Below, piece by piece: positions 17,154 to 24,362 of a stretch of DNA of 24,362 nt. Position 1 is the stretch's first letter. Each line of letters opens with the position of its first letter. The DNA lies in IMG/VR virus record IMGVR_UViG_2595698945_000001; one strand, 5' to 3'. Source of the DNA: a virus (lineage: Duplodnaviria; Heunggongvirae; Uroviricota; Caudoviricetes). Below the pieces are notes generated by a model that had not been told where the DNA came from, did no database searches, and saw only the letters and a list, made by a program, of their open reading frames with translations. A program made the position numbers and the translations under genes.

Positions 17154-17731
17154 TTCATGTGCAACTTGGCGGCCCTATGGCCAAACACTTCGGTCGTCAC
17201 TGGCATTTGAAGGTTCGCAACACCAAGCAGGCTCTGGATTTGATTGAGGCTAATCGCCCCGGATTCAAAGCCTGGATGAAGCGAAACCTCAAAACCTACG
17301 ACAAATACCACATCCAGATCACCAACAAGCAGGGCCACAAATGGTCGGTCGACGAAGGTGAGTACCAGATGATGGGGCAGTCCGACAACATCGCGAAGAT
17401 CCGAATTACGCCAGTTCCTCGCGGTAGTGGCGGCTCTGCGTTTGGTTGGTTTCAGACGGTGGTGGGTGCTGTTTTGATGGTCGCCTCCATCTGGGTTCCA
17501 GCCCTGGCTCCGCTCGGTTTGTCATTAATGATGGGCGGCGTCGCGCAACTCATTTCGCCACAGGCGACGAACGACAGTGTGAGACAGGCGGATAACTCCG
17601 ACTCGTTCTATTTCGATGGGCCGCAGAACACCACTAACCAGGGAAACCCGGTGCAGCTCATCTATGGAGAGGAAATTTTGGTTGGCTCGCAGGTTGTGAG
17701 TTCTTCTATCACCATCGACCAGCTTATGTAA
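17141..17731 (+). CDS. Tail tip assembly protein, lambda gpI-like (ubiquitin-like N-terminal domain, hydrophobic segment)
   Basis: 196 aa, GTG start; IRITPVPRGSGG, hydrophobic stretch, QGNPVQLIYGE.LVGSQVVS. Confidence 0.9.
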   Translation: MSELVHVQLGGPMAKHFGRHWHLKVRNTKQALDLIEANRPGFKAWMKRNLKTYDKYHIQITNKQGHKWSVDEGEYQMMGQSDNIAKIRITPVPRGSGGSAFGWFQTVVGAVLMVASIWVPALAPLGLSLMMGGVAQLISPQATNDSVRQADNSDSFYFDGPQNTTNQGNPVQLIYGEEILVGSQVVSSSITIDQLM

Positions 17732-17748
17732 TAAGGGATTTTTTGAAC

Positions 17749-20700
17749 ATGGAACAGTTCAAGAAGAAAAGGCTGCCTCTCCTGATCGCAGGTGCAGGCG
17801 GCAAGAAAAGCAGCAGCTCCAGCCGCACGCCGGTTGAAGCCGATGATACCGTTAACTCGCGTGCTATGGCGTCTATCCTCGACTTGCTCGGGGAAGGCGT
17901 TATTGGCGGTCTTGTCAACGGGGCAAAGTCGATTTTCATCGACGACCTGCCGATTCTCAATGAAGACGGCTCTGCCAACTACAGCGGTATTACTTGGGAC
18001 TTTCGTGACGGCTCGCAAGACCAGACGCCGATGGACGGTTTCGATTTTGTTGAAACGCCCAAATCCATCAACATTCAGCTGAAAAAGACACATGAGGTGA
18101 CAGTCTCCATCGATAACGATGAAGCTGACCGCGTTCGAGTCATCCTCAAATTTCCCTCTCTGCGTAGCGTGGATAAGAAATCGGGTGACACCAACGGCAC
18201 AGCAGTCAAATACAAGTTTCAGATCGCCAATGGCGATGGAACATTTGCTGATGTAGTTGCTGAAGGCGAGAAAAGTGTTGAAGTTGCCCTGACAGCGAAG
18301 AAGACAGGTGTTTACTACCGCAGCTACGAACTCAAACTGCCGAAACCTGGCCGTGCATACAAGGTTCGTGTCATACGCCTAACCGACGACAGCAAAACTC
18401 AGTATCTCTATAACGATACGTGGGTGGACTCCATCGGTGAAATCGTCGATACGCCAATGAACTATCCGAACTCTGCGCTTGTTGGACTCAAGGTTAACTC
18501 CGAGCAGTTCGGTAGCTCTATGCCTTCTCGTTCGTATCTGGTGCGTGGTTTGAAAATCCGCGTGCCGTCAAACTACAACGAGAATACCAATACCTATGTT
18601 GGTGTTTGGGACGGTACGTTTAAGCTGCTGTCATCCTCTAACCCAGCCTGGATTCTCTTCGACGTTCTGACCAACGCTCGATATGGCCTTGGGCAGTTTG
18701 TCTCTGAGTCCATGATTGATCTTGGACAGATGTATCAGATCGGTCGCTATTGCGACGAAGAGGTTGTCGATGGTTTCGGCGGCAAGGAGAAGCGTTTCGC
18801 CATCAACACCCAGATAACCAGCCGGCAGGATGCCTATCGACTGATTCAGGATATCGCTGGCGCCTTCCGCGGTATGGTCTTCTGGGCTGGTGGAATGGTC
18901 AACGTCATGCAGGACAGCCCGTCAGATCCGGTCATGATGTTTACCAACGCAAACGTCAAAGATGGCCTGTTTAGCTATAAAGGTTCAGCTCGTAAAGATC
19001 GTCCTTCCGTTGCGCTTGTCACCTATAACAACAAAGAAGACGGCTACAAACAGAACATCGAGTACGTCGAAGACCAGGAGGCGATGCGTCGTTATGGCGA
19101 GCGCAAAACCGAAGTGGTTGCGTTCGGTTGTACCAGCCGTGGCCAGGCGCATCGTGTCGGTTTGTGGTTGCTGTATACCGCTCGCATGGAGTCTGACGTT
19201 ATTACCTTTACTGCAGGTCTTGACGCTTCGTTCTTAATGCCTGGTGAAACCGTGCTGATCCAGAACAAGTACCGTTCGGGCAAGCGCAACTCCGGTCGCA
19301 TTATGTCCTTTAACAAGAACAGCATCACATTAGACGCACCAGTATCGTTGAAGAAAAGCGGCAGCTACATTCGCATCTTGAACCAGGAAGGCAAGATCGT
19401 CGAACGCGACATTCTGGAGACGGGGGAGAATATCACTAAAGTGACGTTCTCGAAGTCTCTGGCATCCGGCGAAATGCCAGTAATGAATGGCATCTGGACT
19501 ATCACCGAACCAGACCTGGAGCCAATGCGAGTACGCGTTATCAACGTTGCGCAGGGTGATGCTCAAGGGTCTTTCGATGTGACGGTCGTCCAGAATAACC
19601 CTTCGAAGTACGAAGCGATAGACAATGGGGCGACGCTGATTCCGGAGAACAACACCGTTCTCGATCCAACATACTCGAAGCCGACAAACCTGCAGGTGAC
19701 GGAAGGAACGTATATTTCCAGCCCTGGCAACCTTTCCATCAAGCTTATTGCGACCTGGGAAGGTAAGTCTGCTGAATATTGGATCAGTTGGCGTCGCTCG
19801 GACGAGAACAACGTTTCTAACTGGCAGTCCGCGCGTGTCACTGAAGAGCAGTACGAAATCATCAATATTGCCGAGAATGGCCAATATGATATCCAGCTTT
19901 ATGCTGTGTCATTCAGCGGCAAAAAGACTGAGATCATCAGTACAGTCTATAAAGTTCAGGGAACGATGACACCGCCAGGCGCACCGACTGCGTTGACAGC
20001 CGTGGGTGACTATCGCAACGTGATTCTGAATTGGGTTAACCCTGATTCAATCGATCTCGACCACATCAACGTGTATGCGTCACAGACCAACGACCTGGAC
20101 ACCGCAAAACTGATTGCCGAGGCCGCCAGTACTACTTTCACCCATGCAGGTCTGGGGGATAGCGAAACGTGGTTCTATTGGGTTCGCGCGGCAAATAAGA
20201 GAGGCATGTTGAGTCCGCCAAACTCCAATTTGGGTACCGAGGCGATGACAAAGGATGTTCTCTCATTCCTGACAGGGAAAATCACATCTTCTGAGTTGGG
20301 ACAGGAGTTGCTTGAGGAAATCGACTCTAAGGTTTCTCAGGAGGCTGTTGATTCTATCTATCAGCAGATGGAAGAGAGCCTCAAAGATCTCGATGACAAG
20401 TTGACGGCGGCAGATCAGAGACTAGAAGAAGCGCAAAACGGGCTTAAAACGGAAGTGTCCGGCACTTTGGATAAGGTCAATGACGCTCTGCAACAGGTTG
20501 AAGATTCCAATGCGGCTTTAGTTGAGTTACAGGAAACTGTATCCGAGCAGGGCAAAGCCGTAGCTGGCGCGGTCGAAGCAGCTCATGCAGCACTCGATAA
20601 TGCCTCTGCATTGATTGCCGAAGAACGTGAGGCCCGAGTAGAAGGCGATATGGCGAACGCCAAACAGATTGAGGCGATGAAGTCTTCTGTTGACGATAGC

Positions 20701-21906
20701 GTTGCTGCTGTTGAAGAGATGAAGAAAACTGTGGCCGAAGTCGAGCGAGCCAGCGCGGAAGTGACCACCAATATTGAGGCATTGGCCAAAACCAATATCG
20801 ATCTTGCTCTGCGTCAGGATGAAGACCAGCACAAGCAGATGGTCAATAACGCGAAGATTGCCACCACTCAGAAGACGTTTGCCGACGATATGTCTGCAAT
20901 GGCCTCGAAAGTGGAAGAGATCCGCGCAGAAATTGGTGAAGATATTCGCGCTTCTATCACTGAAGAAACGACGGCTCGTGTTGAGGCTGATAAGGCTATT
21001 GCGACCCAAATAACCAAGCTTGAAGCTCAGATTAACGACGATATCGCTGCGGCAATTGTGACCGAACAAGAGGCTCGTGCAACAGCGGATGAGTCGTTGT
21101 CGAAGCAGATCACAACATTGCAAGCGAAGGTTGAGGGAGATATCAGCGCGGCGCTGGCCGAAGAGCAGATTGCAAGAGCGACCGCCGACGAATCGTTGGC
21201 GCAACAAATCACAACACTAAAGGCCCAAACAGGCGCCGACATTAAGGCGGCTGTTGCGGAAGAAACGAAAGCCAGAACCGATGCCGACTCTGCGCTGGCA
21301 GGGCAAATCACCGATTTGCAGGCTCAGACAGGAAAAGATATCAGTGCCGCAATTACTTCTGAAGCAACTGCACGCGCGGAAGCCGATAAAGCACTAGGTG
21401 GTCGTATTGATACGATTAAGGCTGAAGTAGACGGCAACTCGGCCACTATCCAGCAGCAGGCCCAGGCAATTGCCGATACCAACAAAAAGGTTTCGACAGC
21501 GTGGACGCTTAAAATGGAGACTTCCACGAGCGGTGGCCAGAAATATGTTGCCGGTATCGCGCTGGGCATTGATAGCACAGGTCTTTCTCAGTTCCTTGTT
21601 CAAGCAGACCGCTTTGGTCTTGTGAACTCGGTTAACGGGAAAATCACCACACCGTTTGTGGTCGAAAACAGCGTTGCTTACATGAACGGCGCTTTTATCA
21701 AGGATGGAACAATCACCAACGCCAAAGTTGGCGACCTACAGTCCACCAACTTTGTCTCTGGCCGTTCGGGATGGCGCTTTGGGAAAAATGGCGTGCTGGA
21801 GATCAACGGTAATAGTGGCGGTAACGGTCGTCTGGTCATCAACGGCCAGCGTATCGACGTCTATGACGACAACAACGTTCTCCGAGTGAGGATTGGGCTT
21901 CTTTGA
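17749..21906 (+). CDS. Central tail fibre / tail tip protein, lambda gpJ-like, 1385 aa
   Basis: N-terminal DLLGEG.IGG, SSNPAWILFD, fibronectin-III-like repeats, long coiled coil, DUF1983-like SQFLVQADRF and C-terminal RVRIGLL. Confidence 0.92.
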   Translation: MEQFKKKRLPLLIAGAGGKKSSSSSRTPVEADDTVNSRAMASILDLLGEGVIGGLVNGAKSIFIDDLPILNEDGSANYSGITWDFRDGSQDQTPMDGFDFVETPKSINIQLKKTHEVTVSIDNDEADRVRVILKFPSLRSVDKKSGDTNGTAVKYKFQIANGDGTFADVVAEGEKSVEVALTAKKTGVYYRSYELKLPKPGRAYKVRVIRLTDDSKTQYLYNDTWVDSIGEIVDTPMNYPNSALVGLKVNSEQFGSSMPSRSYLVRGLKIRVPSNYNENTNTYVGVWDGTFKLLSSSNPAWILFDVLTNARYGLGQFVSESMIDLGQMYQIGRYCDEEVVDGFGGKEKRFAINTQITSRQDAYRLIQDIAGAFRGMVFWAGGMVNVMQDSPSDPVMMFTNANVKDGLFSYKGSARKDRPSVALVTYNNKEDGYKQNIEYVEDQEAMRRYGERKTEVVAFGCTSRGQAHRVGLWLLYTARMESDVITFTAGLDASFLMPGETVLIQNKYRSGKRNSGRIMSFNKNSITLDAPVSLKKSGSYIRILNQEGKIVERDILETGENITKVTFSKSLASGEMPVMNGIWTITEPDLEPMRVRVINVAQGDAQGSFDVTVVQNNPSKYEAIDNGATLIPENNTVLDPTYSKPTNLQVTEGTYISSPGNLSIKLIATWEGKSAEYWISWRRSDENNVSNWQSARVTEEQYEIINIAENGQYDIQLYAVSFSGKKTEIISTVYKVQGTMTPPGAPTALTAVGDYRNVILNWVNPDSIDLDHINVYASQTNDLDTAKLIAEAASTTFTHAGLGDSETWFYWVRAANKRGMLSPPNSNLGTEAMTKDVLSFLTGKITSSELGQELLEEIDSKVSQEAVDSIYQQMEESLKDLDDKLTAADQRLEEAQNGLKTEVSGTLDKVNDALQQVEDSNAALVELQETVSEQGKAVAGAVEAAHAALDNASALIAEEREARVEGDMANAKQIEAMKSSVDDSVAAVEEMKKTVAEVERASAEVTTNIEALAKTNIDLALRQDEDQHKQMVNNAKIATTQKTFADDMSAMASKVEEIRAEIGEDIRASITEETTARVEADKAIATQITKLEAQINDDIAAAIVTEQEARATADESLSKQITTLQAKVEGDISAALAEEQIARATADESLAQQITTLKAQTGADIKAAVAEETKARTDADSALAGQITDLQAQTGKDISAAITSEATARAEADKALGGRIDTIKAEVDGNSATIQQQAQAIADTNKKVSTAWTLKMETSTSGGQKYVAGIALGIDSTGLSQFLVQADRFGLVNSVNGKITTPFVVENSVAYMNGAFIKDGTITNAKVGDLQSTNFVSGRSGWRFGKNGVLEINGNSGGNGRLVINGQRIDVYDDNNVLRVRIGLL
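20941..21435 (+). repeat. Five tandem 99-bp (33-aa) repeats in the J-like shaft
   Basis: Units start at 20941, 21040, 21139, 21238 and 21337; consensus DI.AAI.EE..AR..AD.ALA.QIT.L.AQ.G. Confidence 0.85.
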
Positions 21907-21937
21907 CAGTAGAAATATTTCTTCATATCGGTAAAAA

Positions 21938-21955
21938 TAAGTAGGTACTTACTTA
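21938..21955. promoter_or_regulatory. 18-bp palindromic operator-like site, copy 6 (before the side fibre gene)
   Basis: TAAGTAGG-TA-CTTACTTA, one mismatch from a perfect palindrome. Confidence 0.7.
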
Positions 21956-21957
21956 AT

Positions 21958-21977
21958 GGCGGGCGGGGATGCCCGTC
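21958..21977 (+). promoter_or_regulatory. GGA-loop hairpin (candidate CsrA site) in the side fibre leader
   Basis: GGCGGGC-GGGGAT-GCCCGTC; SD CAAGGAG has its GGA 15 nt downstream. The loop lacks the A of ANGGA. Confidence 0.5.
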
Positions 21978-21993
21978 TTATCAAGGAGCGAAT

Positions 21994-24362
21994 ATGTGGT
22001 ACAGGGAAGGTACTATCACATTTACACAGGGGAGTGACACACTCACCGGCACTGGTACGTTCTGGAACGTTACCGCGAATGGTGTGCTGCCGGGCATGAT
22101 TGTCATTGGCCCTGACAACAAATTGTACGAAATTAAGCGCGTAATCAGCGACACAAGCCTGATTCTCGCGGAGCCGTACACGGGCGAGACCCAGACGGAC
22201 GTTCCGTGCCGCATCATCACAACCTATGAAGGCGACTTAACGCAGTTCAGCGCACGCTTTACCGCGCTCATGACCCGAATGTCAGCCGACTCGAAGACGA
22301 TGCGCACCTGGTTGACGGCAGTTGATGAGGTAACGCTTGAGCGTGAAGACGGTACGGAAGTGACCGTGAAGTCGCTGGCGCAGATCGTCGATGAGCATAA
22401 CGCAAACCAGAAATGGTATACGGATAACGCCGACGTTATCAATGCCGCTGGCGACAAGGCCAGGGAAGCTGCTGGCAGTGCCGCGGCCGCTGCGGAAAGC
22501 GCCAATACAGCGTCTACCAAAGCCACCGAAGCAAGCCAGAGTGCTGCCGCAGCTGCTACATCAGAAAACGCTGCCGATGCAAGCGCTTCCGCCGCAAAAA
22601 CGTCTGAAACCAATGCTGAGAGCTTCAAGGTAGATGCTGCTGCGTCTGCCGCGACAGCGTCTACCAAAGCGACTGAAGCGGGAGAATCAGCCACGAGTGC
22701 CGCGGCATCCAAAGATGCGGCGAAAGCATCTGAAGCACAGGCTGCGACCAGTGCATCCGAAGCCTCTGCTTCAGCGTCTGCTGCGTCTGACTCTGCTGCT
22801 GCTGCAAAAACCTCTGAAACCAATGCCTCTGCCTCAGAGCAGGCCGCCGCTGGTAGTGCAGCTGATGCGCTGGCTTCGAAAAATGCGGCTAACGAGTCAG
22901 AAATTCATGCTGCTTCGAGCGCCGGGGAGTCGGTGGCCAGTGCTGCTGCGGCCAAAGCTTCAGAAACCAACGCCGACGCATCGCAGAAGGCTGCTGCTGG
23001 GAGTGAATCTGCCGCAGGTCTGAGTGCCGAGGCTGCGGCTAATAGCGCTACGGCGTCTGGCGAATACGCTGATGCTGCGTTAGCAAGCAAAGAAGCCGCT
23101 GCATTGAGCGCAGGTGAAGCTAAGAAGTCAGAGACGAGTGCAGCTGCGTCGGCAACAACAGCGGCAGATTCTCTGGCTGGGATAGAAGTCAAAGCGAATG
23201 AGGCAGCTGAGTCCGCTGTGCTCGCATCGAAGAAGGCAACCGAGGCGTCAACCTCCGCGGGTGAAGCCAAAATATCCCAAACAAAAGCGAAAGAGTCTGA
23301 GGATAAGGCGTATGAGTATGCTCAGAATGCCCAATCAAGTGTAGCGAGCGTGAAGTGGAAAGGGACTTCCGCAGAGATGGACCTAACTACCGATTCGCCT
23401 AAATGGGTGAAGATTTCGCGCGCACGTATGCCTCAGTCGACCAGCACCGTATACATCGAAGTGATTGGCGGGGCAGGGTACGAAGCCGGGCAGCCAGAGC
23501 TTGCTGCAATGGCCGATATCGTGTTGCGAACTGCTGCAGGCGATCCGAAATCGGTGAATGCGGTCGCTTATCGCACTATGGAATCGGCCGTGCTGTCGGT
23601 AGCTACCGTTAACACGTCTGACGACAACTACGATATTTACCTCAAAGCAGGTGCTGGCTCTCAGAAGCTGGTCGTCAACCTGCAATCAGCCGGTGCGACG
23701 GTCGAAACTCTGGAAGTACTGGAAGTTGTGGATGCGCTGCCTGAAGACACTGTCGAGGGGACTGTCTACCATCGCGTCATTTCCGATCAGGATGGCTCCA
23801 TTACCGGTTCGCTGGTGGGTAATGCCAGCACTGCGACCGTACTTCAAACCGCCCGCCGTATTGGTGGGGTAAGCTTTGATGGCTCTGCCGATATCAATCT
23901 GCCTGGCGTTAACATCCAGGGCAATCAGAACACGACGGGCAATGCTGCTACTGCAACCAAATTACAAACGCCGCGGACAATCAACAGCGTAACGTTCGAT
24001 GGCTCTGCTGACATTGCTATCCCGACGCTGGTGTCTCGTGGACCTATTACTGCACTGGAGGGTCATGCCCAGGGCGCACTGCCGGGTATTCAGATGTACG
24101 AAGCCTACAACAATGGCTACCCGACAACCTACGGCAACATCTTGCATATGAAAGGTGCAGGAGCGGTTGGTGAGGGCGAGCTACTTGTCGGCTGGAGTGG
24201 AACAGATGGTGCTCATGCGCCGGTTTATGTTCGTTCACGCCGTGATACTTCGACAGCAAACTGGTCTGGTTGGGCGCAGGTCTACACTACTGCTCATAAA
24301 CCCACAGCGAAAGATGTTGGGGCCGCGCAAGCTTTTAGCGCATCGTACAGCACAGGGGCTGG
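21994..24362 (+). CDS. Side tail fibre protein (lambda Stf-like), 3' truncated by the window, at least 789 aa
   Basis: Translated by hand with no stop from ATG 21994 (SD AAGGAG): N-terminal anchor MWYREGTITF, Ala/Ser coiled coil, MPQSTST knob, two GNA.TAT.LQT.R.I..V.FDGSADI repeats and a W..W..VYT..HKPTA.DVGA fibre repeat. Confidence 0.92.
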   Translation, partial: MWYREGTITFTQGSDTLTGTGTFWNVTANGVLPGMIVIGPDNKLYEIKRVISDTSLILAEPYTGETQTDVPCRIITTYEGDLTQFSARFTALMTRMSADSKTMRTWLTAVDEVTLEREDGTEVTVKSLAQIVDEHNANQKWYTDNADVINAAGDKAREAAGSAAAAAESANTASTKATEASQSAAAAATSENAADASASAAKTSETNAESFKVDAAASAATASTKATEAGESATSAAASKDAAKASEAQAATSASEASASASAASDSAAAAKTSETNASASEQAAAGSAADALASKNAANESEIHAASSAGESVASAAAAKASETNADASQKAAAGSESAAGLSAEAAANSATASGEYADAALASKEAAALSAGEAKKSETSAAASATTAADSLAGIEVKANEAAESAVLASKKATEASTSAGEAKISQTKAKESEDKAYEYAQNAQSSVASVKWKGTSAEMDLTTDSPKWVKISRARMPQSTSTVYIEVIGGAGYEAGQPELAAMADIVLRTAAGDPKSVNAVAYRTMESAVLSVATVNTSDDNYDIYLKAGAGSQKLVVNLQSAGATVETLEVLEVVDALPEDTVEGTVYHRVISDQDGSITGSLVGNASTATVLQTARRIGGVSFDGSADINLPGVNIQGNQNTTGNAATATKLQTPRTINSVTFDGSADIAIPTLVSRGPITALEGHAQGALPGIQMYEAYNNGYPTTYGNILHMKGAGAVGEGELLVGWSGTDGAHAPVYVRSRRDTSTANWSGWAQVYTTAHKPTAKDVGAAQAFSASYSTGA
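22441..23340 (+). repeat. Ala/Ser-rich heptad coiled-coil repeats of the side fibre
   Basis: AKTSETNA-like motifs at 22594, 22804, 22951, 23119 and 23266 (spacings 70, 49, 56, 49 aa, all multiples of 7); ACAGCGTCTACCAAAGC repeated at 22507 and 22654. Confidence 0.8.
23818..24024 (+). repeat. Two copies (120-bp period) of a 29-aa tail fibre motif
   Basis: GNASTATVLQTARRIGGVSFDGSADINLP (23818-23904) and GNAATATKLQTPRTINSVTFDGSADIAIP (23938-24024). Confidence 0.8.

Larger units (their letters stand above)
1..24362 (+). mobile_element. Virion morphogenesis (late) region of a temperate siphophage, probably an SSU5/pHCM2-like phage-plasmid
   Basis: Unbroken + strand run of packaging, head, neck, tail and fibre genes in canonical siphovirus order. 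The family assignment is inferred from gene order and recalled protein features; no replicon or integrase is in the window. Confidence 0.8.

Noticed and set aside
10597-17748. Longer track starts for the tape measure (10597), gpL-like (15632), gpK-like (16329) and gpJ-like (17743) genes
   Set aside because: Downstream ATGs (10618, 15665, 16356, 17749) have better placed SDs and give family-typical N-termini or lengths.
20941-21435. CRISPR-like or non-coding repeat array
   Set aside because: Degenerate in-frame coding repeats with synonymous divergence and no spacers. No CRISPR array, rRNA or tRNA was found anywhere in the window.
23818-24024. Diversity-generating retroelement template/variable repeat pair
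   Set aside because: The copies differ at many non-adenine positions, are both in frame within one protein, and no reverse transcriptase is in the window.
24285-24310. gix/cix/hix-like invertase site at CTCATAAACCCACAG
   Set aside because: Only the left half (TAAACC, encoding HKP) is present; the GGTTT right arm is missing.

Overview
The window is the complete, co-oriented (+ strand) morphogenesis operon of a temperate siphovirus. Gene order: terminase small and large subunits, portal, scaffold, major capsid protein, a 3xIg protein and a paralogous neighbour, head-tail joining genes, tail tube with a C-terminal Ig domain, tail chaperone with a -1 frameshift, a 1526-aa tape measure protein, a lambda-like M-L-K-I-J tail tip, and a side tail fibre that runs off the window end (absent from the ORF track because it has no stop). 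Gene order and protein features resemble SSU5/pHCM2-type phage-plasmids of Enterobacteriaceae; this is inference from memory, not a database result. The most interesting signals are non-coding. (1) An 18-bp palindrome, consensus TA[AG]GTAAG-NN-CTTA[CT][CT]TA, occurs six times ahead of late genes, and three copies overlap sigma70-like promoters, one hidden inside the portal ORF. (2) Six GC-rich leader hairpins carry GGA in the loop; five leaders pair a loop GGA with a second GGA in the Shine-Dalgarno 15-22 nt downstream, the textbook two-site layout for CsrA/RsmA repression. Other observations: a 48-aa N-terminal domain shared by two adjacent post-capsid genes, a structured intergenic element at 7775-7849, and a 33-aa (hendecad) repeat shaft in the J-like protein. 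All coordinates, pairings and counts were made by eye; protein family assignments rest on motifs and synteny.
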